A stretch of DNA of 64,000 nucleotides, taken from contig JAXGNR010000005.1 of NCBI GenBank assembly GCA_040767965.1, forward strand, positions 32,001 to 96,000, written 5' to 3'. Position 1 is the first letter of the stretch, and every line of letters begins with the position of its first letter. The position numbers and the translations under genes were made by a program. This stretch comes from Atribacterota bacterium. GTDB taxonomy: Bacteria; Atribacterota; Phoenicimicrobiia; Phoenicimicrobiales; Stramentimicrobiaceae. Below, one piece after another: positions 1 to 10,702 of the stretch. The notes beneath the pieces were generated by a model. The model was not told the DNA's origin and did not search any database. It saw only the letters and a program-made list of their open reading frames with translations.

Positions 1-194
1 AACACTTTATCTGCCAAGGTTGTTTAGATTGGGGTACTAGTTTTATCAGGTAGCTGATATTGGAGAAAGATAACAATTGGTTTGTTGTTTAATTTTATAA
101 TATAACAAAATATATTGAGTCATAATTACCCAGGTTATCCAAATGTTAATATTCCTGCTGAGGATCTTGATTCTATATTAAGAGGAGGATTGGA

Positions 195-1478
195 ATGCAG
201 ATAATTGAAGGCGGATTAGATATAAAGTTTCCAAAAATGTATAAAATAAAGCAAATATTACAGAAAAATCCGATTATAGATATTCAAAAGGCTATTATAA
301 GTCAATTAGATCAAAGCAAAATCAATGAACAAATTTTACCTGGAATGTCAATTGCTATCGCAGTGGGAAGCAGAGGGATCAGGCAATTATATCAAGTAAT
401 TGAAACCCTGGTTCTTGAGTTAAAGAAAAAGCAGGCCAGGCCATTTATTGTTCCTGCAATGGGCAGTCATGGAGGGGCTACCGCAGAAGGTCAAAGGAAA
501 ATTTTAGAATATTACGGAATAACCGAAGAAAACCTTCAAGTTCCCATTAAATCTTCAATGGAAGTGCTCGAAATAGGTAAAAGCGAAAACGGTGTTCCTG
601 TTTATTTTGATAAAAATGCTTTTTTAGCAGATGGTATTATACCAGTTAATCGGGTTAAGGTTCACACAGATTTCAGGGGTGAAATTGAAAGCGGAATACT
701 TAAAATGCTGGTGATAGGATTAGGAAAACATAAAGGTGCTACCGAAATTCACAAGCTGGGCTTTGAAAATTTTCATTGGCTGATACCTCATTTCGGTACA
801 ATAATTCTTGAAAAAGCTCCAGTTATTTTCAGTATTGCCCTGGTAGAAGATGCCTTTGGAGATATAACTGATGTTGAAGCATTAATTCCTTCAGAGATTA
901 TTGAAAAAGAGAAGGAATTATTAAAAAAATCAAAAAGAATAATGGCAAGAATAAATATTCCGGAGATAGAACTATTAATTGTAGATGAAATAGGAAAAGA
1001 TATTAGTGGAAATGGATTAGATCCCAATATTATTGGTCGTTTTCGGGGAAGTCAACAAAACGATATAGAAGCACCAAATATAAAAAGAATTATCATTCTT
1101 GATCTTACTGAAAAAACGCATGGAAATGCCGGAGGGATAGGGTACGCTGATATTACTGTAAGAAATCTTGTTAATAAGATAGATTTTCCGGTAAGTTATA
1201 CAAATGCGGTTACATCTGGGGATCTTTATGACATAAAAATTCCGTTAATTGCCGATAATGAAAAGGACGCAATTGCTTTAGGATTAAAAATAATTAATTT
1301 TAACCATCCTGATCAGGTTGATGTAGTCCAGATAAAAAACACCCTTGATATTGAAGAAATTATGGTATCAGAATCTTTGTTTAATAAAATAAAAGACAAT
1401 GACTGTTTTGAGAAATTGATTAGCAACCCTTTGGAGATGTCTTTTGATAAAGGAGGTAAGTTAATAACAAAAATATAG
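195..1478 (+). CDS. LarA/DUF2088 family (lactate racemase-like) protein
   Basis: 427 aa ORF; RBS GAGGAGG; motifs AIAVGSRGI, IVPAMGSHGGATAEGQ, NRVKVHT, GLGKHKGA, GKDISGNGLDPNIIGR. Confidence 0.8.
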   Translation: MQIIEGGLDIKFPKMYKIKQILQKNPIIDIQKAIISQLDQSKINEQILPGMSIAIAVGSRGIRQLYQVIETLVLELKKKQARPFIVPAMGSHGGATAEGQRKILEYYGITEENLQVPIKSSMEVLEIGKSENGVPVYFDKNAFLADGIIPVNRVKVHTDFRGEIESGILKMLVIGLGKHKGATEIHKLGFENFHWLIPHFGTIILEKAPVIFSIALVEDAFGDITDVEALIPSEIIEKEKELLKKSKRIMARINIPEIELLIVDEIGKDISGNGLDPNIIGRFRGSQQNDIEAPNIKRIIILDLTEKTHGNAGGIGYADITVRNLVNKIDFPVSYTNAVTSGDLYDIKIPLIADNEKDAIALGLKIINFNHPDQVDVVQIKNTLDIEEIMVSESLFNKIKDNDCFEKLISNPLEMSFDKGGKLITKI

Positions 1479-1555
1479 ATTAAAATAAATTTAAATACTA
1501 TTATAACAGAGATATTAATGCAAAAATATTAGATTAAAAGGAGAATTAAACAATT

Positions 1556-2449
1556 ATGAAAAAATTAACAGGTGTGTTCCCGGTAGTGCTGACACCTTTT
1601 AAGGGAGATGATCAAACAGTTGATTATTCATTGTTGGATAAACATGTGGACTTTCTGCTGGAAAGTGGTGCACATGGCCTATGTGCAAATGGAAGTACCA
1701 GCGAATTTTCATTATTAAGCGACCAGGAGGCATTTGATGTTGCAAAAAGAATTATTGCTAGAGCTGATGGAAAAGTTCCGATTATTTTTGGAGCTTCAGC
1801 GCCTTCCACAAGAAAAACTATCGAATTTGCTAAAATGGGAGAGAACCTGGGTGCAGATGCCTTATTAATGCTTCCTCCTTATTATTTTCCACTTGATGAT
1901 TTAGAAATTTATAAGCATTACGAAATTGTCTCTCAGAATACAAAGCTACCTATTATGATTTACAATAATCCTCACACCAGTAAGCTTGATATAAAACCAG
2001 AATTGATTGCAGAGCTGGCTAAGATTGATAATATTTCTTATATAAAGGAAAGTTCAGGATTAGCTACCAGAATTCACGAAATTCAATCTTTGGCAGGCGA
2101 TAACATTGATATCTTTATTGGAGCTGATAATATCTTTTTTGATGCCTTGGTTTCAGGTGCAACTGGAGTTATTGCTTCCAGCGGAAATATTATTACGAAG
2201 TTTATGGTTGAAATTTATGATCTGATCATAAAAGAAAAAAATATTGAGAAAGCAAGGGAAAAGTTTCAGATAATTTCTCCTTTAGTTTCCTTTGTTGACG
2301 GGAGCCCAAATTTTGTTCAAGTGTTAAAAACTGCTTTAGAAATAATGGGAAGGCCGGTGGGACCTCCCAGATATCCATTATTAAATTTGTCCGGGCAGAA
2401 GAGAGAAGTGTTGGTAGAAATATTAAAAAATATAAAACTTGCTAAATAA
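1556..2449 (+). CDS. DapA/NanA family class I aldolase/lyase
   Basis: GSTSE, PPYY, YNNP and IKESSG (Schiff-base Lys) motifs; RBS AAGGAG. Confidence 0.9.
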   Translation: MKKLTGVFPVVLTPFKGDDQTVDYSLLDKHVDFLLESGAHGLCANGSTSEFSLLSDQEAFDVAKRIIARADGKVPIIFGASAPSTRKTIEFAKMGENLGADALLMLPPYYFPLDDLEIYKHYEIVSQNTKLPIMIYNNPHTSKLDIKPELIAELAKIDNISYIKESSGLATRIHEIQSLAGDNIDIFIGADNIFFDALVSGATGVIASSGNIITKFMVEIYDLIIKEKNIEKAREKFQIISPLVSFVDGSPNFVQVLKTALEIMGRPVGPPRYPLLNLSGQKREVLVEILKNIKLAK

Positions 2450-2614
2450 ATTTCTGTTTACAACAAAAATTTACTTGTAAACTATGTTTTGAAAGCATGG
2501 AAATCTGTAACTATTCAACTATTTATAGAGGTGTAGATTTATCAATAATTACAATAATGAAATCTTTAAAAGTGTTAAACTACACCTTTGTGAATAGTAA
2601 GAAATGAGAAATAT

Positions 2615-2628
2615 CGGGGACGGTTCTT
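2615..2628 (-). repeat. 14-bp dispersed motif (CGGGGACGGTTCTT), copy 1
   Basis: Exact reverse complement of AAGAACCGTCCCCG at 18126-18139. Confidence 0.55.
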
Positions 2629-2820
2629 CAGATCAGTTTATTCCATATTTAAAAGAAAACCTATCGACTTATCCTTTATTTCTTATCCCCAGCAAACCAT
2701 ATAAACATAAGATTATTTGATTAAACAATAAAAAAAATGCTTTTTATTGTAGTATAATATAATAAAGAATATTATTACTTTTTTTTATTGTGAAAAAAAA
2801 TAATTAAATTGAGGTTCAAC

Positions 2821-3366
2821 ATGAATATTAATAATCAAGAATGTTGTCCTGAATTTAGCCCAGGAAAATGGGATAAAAAGTCATTTAGCTGGGAAGAAAA
2901 ACAGTTTATTAAAGAGTCAATTCCTACCTTATTTCACATTCCCTTTCCTCCAATGATTAGCAGAAAGATAACCAGTATGATGAAACTGGCAACAAGTACA
3001 GACAAAATTGACAGTAAAAAAGACGAAGTTCTTGTTTTATTCCAGGATCCGAGTGCCTTCAGATCAAACATTTATATTTCAGTTACAGGGGATGTTCCCG
3101 GTGCAAATAATGTTAAGATTCCAGGAAAATTTATTGCCAGAGTATTCGATGGGCCGTATAATGCTGTTCCAATATTCATAAAAGATATGAATATATATTT
3201 AGAAGCAGAAGGAAAGAAAATTCCAAAAGATGAAGAGTATTATATTCATTATGCCTATTGCCCTAAATGTGCGATAAGATATGGGCATCAATATATGATT
3301 TTATTTGGAAAGATTGGCGAATCTAAAAAACAGTTGGATGAAAAAAGAACGTCCAATTCGAATTGA
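2821..3366 (+). CDS. Conserved hypothetical protein (ECCP...W N-terminus, YCPKC C-terminus; possibly GyrI-like fold)
   Basis: ORF track start 2809 (TTG); ATG at 2821 follows GAGGT; Cys motifs and FDGPY. Confidence 0.65.
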   Translation: MNINNQECCPEFSPGKWDKKSFSWEEKQFIKESIPTLFHIPFPPMISRKITSMMKLATSTDKIDSKKDEVLVLFQDPSAFRSNIYISVTGDVPGANNVKIPGKFIARVFDGPYNAVPIFIKDMNIYLEAEGKKIPKDEEYYIHYAYCPKCAIRYGHQYMILFGKIGESKKQLDEKRTSNSN

Positions 3367-3432
3367 TTGTTTTAAGAGGCATTATACTTAAAAATCAGCC
3401 CAAAGGAATGAGAAAAAAACGGAGCTAACAAT

Positions 3433-4095
3433 ATGCACTTAGCTTTGCAAATAATAATATATACACTTCTTTTCCTGCTTATTGTATTTGCCATGATAAT
3501 TTTTATACCAATAGTCTATTCTGTAGAAGGGGAAAAAGAAGAATACTATTTTTTAATAATCAGAATTGGTTTACTATTTTCTTTGATAAATCTTATTGTA
3601 CACAAAGAAGAGAATAAAAAAAAGGAATTTTCACTGAAAATATTTGGATTCCAAATTAATTTAAGAGATGATAAAAAAGCTCAAAAACTGAAGAAAAAAG
3701 GAGATATAAAAAAAGAAGAGAGAAAAAGAAAGAAAGCGAAGCAAGAAAATAGCAGGAGTATCATATTTTTTCTGAAGCCTTTCCTAAATGAATCTTTCCG
3801 ATTGGCAAGAAGGGTGTTAAGGCACATTATGCCTAAAGAATACCGAATAAATCTTATATATGGTTTTGAAGATCCTGCTGATACGGGTATTTTAACCGGC
3901 TTTTTCTATTTGTTATTTCCAAATGTTTCCTTTAGTGAAATGATTAAAATACAACCTGTATTCGATGAAGAAATAATTCAAGGAAGGATAAACATAAAAG
4001 GAAGGGTTATTGTGGTTATTCTAATGTACTATTTTATTCAATATTACTTTGCTCATGGGGTTCGGGAAACAATAAAAAAAATAAGAAATAAATAA
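3433..4095 (+). CDS. DUF2953 (YtfI-like) membrane-anchored protein
   Basis: N-terminal TM segment, Lys-rich linker, YGFEDPADTGILTG motif, directly upstream of a YtfJ-family gene. Confidence 0.75.
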   Translation: MHLALQIIIYTLLFLLIVFAMIIFIPIVYSVEGEKEEYYFLIIRIGLLFSLINLIVHKEENKKKEFSLKIFGFQINLRDDKKAQKLKKKGDIKKEERKRKKAKQENSRSIIFFLKPFLNESFRLARRVLRHIMPKEYRINLIYGFEDPADTGILTGFFYLLFPNVSFSEMIKIQPVFDEEIIQGRINIKGRVIVVILMYYFIQYYFAHGVRETIKKIRNK

Positions 4096-4115
4096 AAATC
4101 AGGAGGTAAAATGAA

Positions 4116-4487
4116 ATGAATGAAACATTGAACAAGGGATTGGAGACTTTATTCGAAAAATTACAGGATTTTTTGACTTCCAGAACTATTATTGGAAAGG
4201 AAATACAGGTTGGAGATACTACTTTGATCCCGGTAATTGAGCTTACCTTTGGCATGGGATCCGGTTCAGGTGGCGGAGCTGATGAAAAAAAACAGCAGAC
4301 TTCTGGTGAAGGTGTTGGCTTCGGGGCAAAAGCCAGGCCTTCAGCCGTAATAGTAATCCATAATAACCAGGTACAGTTATTGCCTGTGGGAAAACCAGGC
4401 GCACTGGAAAAATTAATGGAAAAGATTCCGGATATCATGGATAAAATTCCAAAAACTGAAGGAAGTAAAGATAAAGAGAAGAAATAA
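4116..4487 (+). CDS. ytfJ: GerW/YtfJ family protein
   Basis: IIGKEIQVGDTTLIPV, FGMGSGSG, GVGFGAKARPSAVIVI; strong RBS AGGAGGT. Confidence 0.85.
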   Translation: MNETLNKGLETLFEKLQDFLTSRTIIGKEIQVGDTTLIPVIELTFGMGSGSGGGADEKKQQTSGEGVGFGAKARPSAVIVIHNNQVQLLPVGKPGALEKLMEKIPDIMDKIPKTEGSKDKEKK

Positions 4488-4548
4488 ATAATAATGTAAA
4501 TAGATGTAGATGCCACCTATTGACAATAAAGAATATTTATGAGAATAT

Positions 4549-4569
4549 GTTAGGGAATAACTAACTAAC
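4549..4569. promoter_or_regulatory. Putative MarR operator 1 (GTTAG-N11-CTAAC) downstream of TTGACA at 4520
   Basis: Inverted repeat with the same half-sites and spacing as the site at 5025-5045. Confidence 0.5.
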
Positions 4570-4584
4570 TATTGAGGTGGCATT

Positions 4585-5001
4585 TTGAAAGAACATCATA
4601 CTCTGTTTAGTGTATTTAATCGTTTCATGTTAGTTAAAACAGAATGCAGATATAATGTCATTAATAAACATAAAATTTCAGGGTTAACTTTAAAACAGAT
4701 CGAATATTTGAAATTATTTGATAAAAAAGAAAATGTTACCATCAGTCAATTAGCTAGAGAACTGGGTTTGTCTAAGCCAACAGTTACCGAAATGGTTAAA
4801 AAGTTTATTCGGTTAGATTGCGTCCAAAAAGAACAATGCAGGCATGATGCAAGAGTGTATTATTTGTTTCTTACTGAAAAAGGGAAAATGATTGCCAGGC
4901 TAGAGCAGATTACCAATGATTATTTTGTTAAAAGAGTAGAAAACTGTTTAAGCAAAGAAGAAATTGATTTACTGATAGAAATACTTTTAAAGGTAGTCTG
5001 A
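4585..5001 (+). CDS. MarR family transcriptional regulator
   Basis: TISQLARELGLSKPTVTEMVKK wHTH and DARVYYLFLTEKG wing; TTG start after GAGGTG. Confidence 0.9.
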   Translation: MKEHHTLFSVFNRFMLVKTECRYNVINKHKISGLTLKQIEYLKLFDKKENVTISQLARELGLSKPTVTEMVKKFIRLDCVQKEQCRHDARVYYLFLTEKGKMIARLEQITNDYFVKRVENCLSKEEIDLLIEILLKVV

Positions 5002-5018
5002 AGGTTCATTTTTTTGAT

Positions 5019-5051
5019 ATTATTGTTAGGTTAAATAAAACTAACAATAAT
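5019..5051. promoter_or_regulatory. Putative MarR operator 2 upstream of lon
   Basis: ATTATTGTTAG-N11-CTAACAATAAT, a perfect 11-bp inverted repeat. Confidence 0.55.
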
Positions 5052-5136
5052 AATTTATATCCCTGGTTTTGAAAAAAAGACATTGAATATGACGGGCGCA
5101 TAAAGTAATTCCAGTTTAAGAAATGAGGTAAGATTA

Positions 5137-7533
5137 ATGAATATCAATGATATAAAAGATAGATTAGCAATTATAGCCATGCCCGGACATGTGTTATTTA
5201 AAGGAATAAAAAGCACCATCAGGATTAGCAGATCATTAACCGAGACAATATATCCTAGAATTAAGCAGGATAATAATTATGCAATTGTGCTTCTTCTAAA
5301 AGATGAATGTAGCCTGGAAAATTATCTGGAAAATGATTTGCATACTATTGGAAGCCTGGTAAAAGTCGAGAAGGTAATCCATTCAAAATTAACCTGTGAT
5401 ATAAATTTAGAAGTATTGGATAGGGTGGAAGTTAAAAATATAACTAAAGAGCAGGATTATTATATCAGCGAATATGACATTATTCCGGATATTGAAGATT
5501 TAGATAAAAATTCACAAAGCCAGATGCTTGAATATATTAAAACAATTTCAACGGAAATCAGCAAAGGGTTTATCGGCTCCGAAAGCTATATTGAATATAT
5601 CAACAGCATAAATGATTTAGAAAAAATTATCAGCTATATAATGCAGTTTATAAATATATCTGTTTCTGAAAAACAAGAGCTATTTGAGATTAGATCCAGA
5701 AGAAAAAATGTTTGATGTTTTTGGATATTCTTATAAAGCAAAAAGAAAATATTAAATTTCAAATGGAAATAAATGCAAAATTGACCGGTGAAATGAATAA
5801 GCAGTATAGGGAAAAAATGCTGAGAGAGCAGTTAAAAGCGATACAGGAAGAGCTAAATGAAGGGAAACAGCCGGAAGTAAAAAAAGGATTATTTGACTTT
5901 AATCAATGAATCCAAAATGCCTGAAGATGTGAAAGAAATTGCTATGGAAGAAAATGATAAATTGGAAAATCAAGGACCAAACAATGTGGAGGCAAATGTA
6001 ATTAGAAATTATCTGGATTTACTGACATCACTTCCCTGGGGGAAAAGCAATGTTAAAGAAGTCGATATTAAAGAAGCTAAAAAGATCTTGGAAAAAGACC
6101 ATTATGGTTTGGATAAAGTGAAAGAGAGAATTATTCAACATTTAACAGTGATGAAACTTAAGAACAATCAGCAAGGATCTATCCTGCTTCTGGTAGGACC
6201 TCCCGGAACAGGGAAAACCAGTTTGGGGAAAAGCATTGCAAAAGCCCTTCAGAGAGAATATGTGAGAATAAGCCTGGGAGGCGTAAGAGATGAAGCAGAA
6301 ATTAGAGGGCACAGAAGAACTTATATTGGTGCACTTCCTGGTAGAATCATACAGGGAATCAAAAAAGCAGGTACCAATAATCCTGTGTTTATATTAGATG
6401 AAGTGGATAAACTGCTGGCCTCCAATATGGGAGATCCAGCCAGTGCATTGCTGGAAGTATTGGATCCTGAACAAAATAATTCATTTTCAGACCATTACCT
6501 GGAGGTCCCTTATGATTTATCTGATGTATTTTTTATTGGAACAGCCAATTCCTTAAAGGATATCCCGGAACCGCTAAGGGACAGAATGGAAATCATTCAG
6601 ATTCATAGTTATACAGCAACTGAGAAATTCCATATCGCAAAAGGACATCTGATTGATGAAGTTTTGAAAAATCATGGACTTATATCTGAGCAATTGCAAT
6701 TAGAAGATAGTACGATAAAGGCGATTATAGATAAGTATACCCGGGAGGCTGGAGTAAGAGGGCTGAAAAAACAATTATCAGCGATAGCCAGGCATGCCAC
6801 AGAAAAGATTATCATTGATGAGGTAAAAATACCTTATATAGTAAAAGAAGGAATGCTGTTTGACATATTAGGTTCAGAGATATCCAGTTATGATAAGGTT
6901 AAAAAATCAAATCCACCCGGGGTGGTTACCGGATTAGCCTGGACACCCGTTGGTGGTGATATTCTATTTATTGAAAGTGCTTTTATGCCTGGAAAAGGAG
7001 AACTAATGCTAACAGGTCAATTAGGTGATGTTATGAAAGAGTCAGCCAAAATATCGCAGAGTTTGATTAGATCAAGATTGTTTCTAAGCCTGGAAGATAA
7101 TCATTTTGATAAGCATGACCTGCATATTCATATACCACAAGGCTCTATACCCAAAGATGGTCCGTCTGCCGGGGTGACTCTGTTTACATCCATAGCTTCT
7201 CTATTTACCGGGATCCCGGTAGATGCAAAAATAGCCATGACTGGAGAAATATCTTTGAGAGGCACAGTTCTTCCGGTAGGGGGGATTAAGGAAAAAGTAA
7301 TAGCGGCTCATCGTTCCGGCATTAAAAAAATCCTCCTTCCTTTGGAAAATAAAAAAGATCTTTGTGAGGTTCCTGAGGAAGTAAAGAAAGATATACAATT
7401 TATTTTTATTGAAACTATAGAGGAATTAATGCAGGAGACCTTAGGGATTAAATTACCAAGAGTTAGTGAATTTCACTTTTACATTCCGAATAAAAATGTG
7501 ATAAAAACAGATAAAGAAATTGTAAAAGTATAA
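5137..7533 (+). pseudogene. lon: ATP-dependent Lon protease, split by two frameshifts (true pseudogene or sequencing indels)
   Basis: Three abutting ORFs (5137-5715, 5712-5909, 5893-7533) give the N-domain, coiled coil, AAA+ ([14 protein letters not shown]) and protease ([14 protein letters not shown]). Breaks fall at A6 (5703-5708) and A7 (5879-5885). Confidence 0.9.
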
Positions 7534-7562
7534 GATAATAAATAACAAGTAAAAGAGGATGT

Positions 7563-8951
7563 GAGTCAATCCCAATTTTTCTGTAAAATTAAGTAGCCAC
7601 CAATTCCTCCTGAGCCTTGACTCCTTCTTTCATTTGTTTTATTTCTTCTAGAGAGGATCATCTTCTTGTAGGAATTGATCCTCTTTATTTATCTTCAGAT
7701 ACCTTCTACCGGTCTGCCATTCCTCATCAATCTCCATAGTCTCAGGAGGCATATCTTAGGCAGGTTCTGGTTCGGGAAAATGCCAACTACCCGGAGCGTT
7801 GTTTTAGGTCTTTATTGATTACCCCTTCAATTAAATTGGTGGTTCTAATCTTGCGACGGTGATGTTTGGAGTAGTTAAGGTAAGTCGAGTAAATTCAGTT
7901 CCTCTTGTAACATTTCACTTACTTTATGATAACTGGTCTGGTATTTTCTGGCAATCATCTTAGCTACAGTAGCCATCTGTCTGGTGGGAGAATTAAAGAT
8001 CTGCTTGAGATAATCGGCAGTTTTGCTTTTTCCTTATAGGGAACACAAGATAGGACATTACGCATAAAATGACAGATACAGCGCTGATGGGGTGTATTGG
8101 GGAATACTTTCCTGCTGAGCTTTGATGAGTCCTTATGGTCATCGGAGATCGTTAAATCGTATTTAATCCCCTGTCTTTGATTTGGTTAAAGTGATTCAGA
8201 TAGCTTGGTAGCTTTCCTCAAAGGCGATATCAATACCCAGAACCTTCCGGTATCCGTTCTTGTCTACACCTATGGTAATTAATAACGGGCAGGAGATGAC
8301 CTGGTGGTTTACCCGGATAAAAAAGTAGAGGGCATCGGTAAATAGATAGAGGTAATAATCTTGTAATTGTGCTTGTTGCCATTTTGTTATCTGGGGATCC
8401 AGTTCGGGTGATTCTGCTGACTGTAGTTGATAGATGAGATCCGGTGATAGTTTAGCGACAATCTTTTTGAGCCGGTTGGTGGAGACTCCATCGGTAACCA
8501 TCTGGCAGATACTGGCAAGTAGGGCCTTTTCGCTTCTTTGGTAGTTTTCAAATAATTGAGTCTGAAAGGCAAATTCTCTGATCTGGGGTTTGGCCAAAAG
8601 TAGATTACCGACTCTGGTATTCAAAGAGCGGGGCTTATAGCCGTTACGATTGGCCTTTCTTTTGGCATTGTCTCTTTTATGAGACAATACTCCCACCTGA
8701 GCATCTCTTTCTTCTTCCATTAGCTGTTGCATAATACTTTTTACCATTTCCTTTAGGAAATCTCCGTCCTTATTTAATTCCGCTTGCAAAATAGACATGA
8801 TTGAATTAGTATTTAATTGGGTCATCTTGAATTTATCCTCCTTAATTTTTTAGAGTTTCATCTATATTATTATGGAGGTTCTTGATGGCCCATTTCAAGT
8901 TATTATTTGAATTAACTTATTCTACTTTTACAGAAAATATAGCACACACTC
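7563..8951 (-). mobile_element. IS256 family insertion sequence, 1389 bp
   Basis: Imperfect TIRs GAGT...TTTTCTGTAAAA at both ends; 8-bp direct repeat GAGGATGT at 7555-7562 and 8952-8959; mutator-type transposase inside. Confidence 0.9.
7648..8825 (-). pseudogene. IS256 family transposase, frameshifted
   Basis: ORF 8196-8825 has RNGYKPRSLNTRVG, GVSTNR and YLFTDA; further fragments in other frames (HQRCICHFMRNVL, RRKIRTTNLIEG, WQTGRRYL). Confidence 0.85.
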
Positions 8952-9062
8952 GAGGATGTTGATTTGACATATTGTTTTGTGTTAATTATCCTCTTTTTTA
9001 ATAGTATAATTATAAAAATGACATAATGAAAAGGTAAAGACAAAAAGAAAGGAAGGAGTATT

Positions 9063-9411
9063 ATGCTTAGAAAAATTGAAGGGGCGAAAGATTTGAAACT
9101 CGACGAAATGAAGGAATTGAAAATTGATGAGGTTCCAATTTTATTAATTAATTATCAAAGGAAACCTGTATGCTCTCAGCAACAAATGCACTCACCTGGG
9201 ATGTAAGTTGTCTAAAGGAAAATTGGAAGAAAATATAATCACCTGTCCCTGTCACGGATCTAAATTTGACATTACTAATGGTAGGTTGGTGGAATGGATT
9301 TCCCGTTGGCCAAAATTAATTAGTTCATTAACAAAGGCGCTTGGATTTGCACGCTCTCTTTCTGCTTATCAAATAGTGGAAAAAGATAATGATATGTATA
9401 TTGATATGTAG
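9063..9411 (+). pseudogene. Rieske [2Fe-2S] ferredoxin with one frameshift
   Basis: ATG 9063 after GGAAGGAG; removing one A at 9157-9159 restores YQGNLYALSNKCTHLGC...TCPCHGSKFD (both Rieske boxes). Confidence 0.85.
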
Positions 9412-9536
9412 AAAGGCAATTGTAAGTGATACAATTTATTTTTAGAATATTTCACTGTAATAGGGCTGTATTCAGATAAAACCTGATTAAATAAGATTAT
9501 TTTTAAAATATATTTGGGAGCGGGAGCGAAAAAGTT

Positions 9537-10510
9537 ATGATTAATAACTTTGTTAATCCGGATTTGTATCATGGTTGGAATAAAAAAGGAATTTTTGAGG
9601 GATGGTATTTTAAGTTAGTTGATGCCAGCACTCAACAAGTTTTTGTTTTTATCCGGGTATACACCTTGGTAAAACCAAAAACATTCTCATAGTTTTATTC
9701 AGGTATTAAATGGTAAAAGTAAATTATAGATATTTACGTTTTGCTCCTGATGAATTTATCACCTCAAGAAAAAATTTTCAGGTTTCAGTTAAAGATAATT
9801 ATTTTTCTTTAGATCATATTAAATTAAATATATCTGAATCAGGTATTAATATAAAAGGTACAGTCAATTTTAAAAATATACTTAAATGGCCGGATACTTT
9901 ATTAAATCCCGGGAGCATGGGTTTTTATAATTATATTCCTTCAATGCAATGTTATGCTCAAGTATGTGTGATGGATATGGATTTAGAGGGTCATCTTAAT
10001 ATAGACGGAAAAGATATTGACTTTAGTCAGGGAAAAGGATATATAGAGAAAAATTGGGGTAAGGCTTTTCCTTATTCCTGGATATGGATTCAATCCAACA
10101 ATTTTATTCATAGTAAAACTTCCTTAAGCTGCTCTCTTGCTCAAATTCCTTTTTCGTTTTTTTCTTTTCGTGGTTTTTTAATTGGGTTGTATGCCAATGG
10201 CACTTTTTATTCTTTTACAACTATTAATCGAAGCAAAATTCAGGTTCAACAAAGTGGTTCAGATGTCAATATTAAAGTGGAAAATAAACGATTCTCTTTA
10301 AAAATAAAAACCCGGACATTGTCTGAAAATTTTATGCTTCTCAATGGTCCCAGAGATGGGAATATGATTCCTCTTGTTCAGGAAAATCTGCAAGGAGAAG
10401 TAAAGGTCATCCTAAGGGATAAAGAACATAATAAAACTATCTTAGAAGACCAAGGTTTCTGTGCCGGCATCGAATATGGAGGGAAACAAGTGATGGTACT
10501 GGATGGATAA
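9537..10510 (+). pseudogene. Tocopherol-cyclase-like protein with 5' frameshifts
   Basis: ATG 9537 gives NPDLYHG...FEGWYFKLVD; IPGI and HSFIQVLNG lie in shifted frames (9651-9720); ORF 9710-10510 has GSMGFY and GKGYIEKNWGKAFPYSWIWIQSN. Confidence 0.8.
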
Positions 10511-10702
10511 ATAATATTTAGGGAGATTAAATTTTGACTCTACTTCCCCTATGGACTTGTATGGAGTGGTAATTTTTTGCAGACATCATATAAGGCATAG
10601 TTAAGGTATAGTTTTTAGTAAACTGTCTTTAAATAAATATAATGTTAAATAATAAAATCTAACAGACTTGGGGAAAACAGGGTATCTTAAGAAAAAAGAT
10701 AG

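Noticed and set aside
2522-2594. Long-loop hairpin after the DapA-like gene as an ncRNA
   Set aside because: A single 15-bp stem with no recognisable family motif; adequately explained as a terminator or 3' stabiliser
5713-5909. Selenocysteine or TGA readthrough joining the lon fragments
   Set aside because: The conserved Lon sequence continues in a different frame, so readthrough cannot restore it
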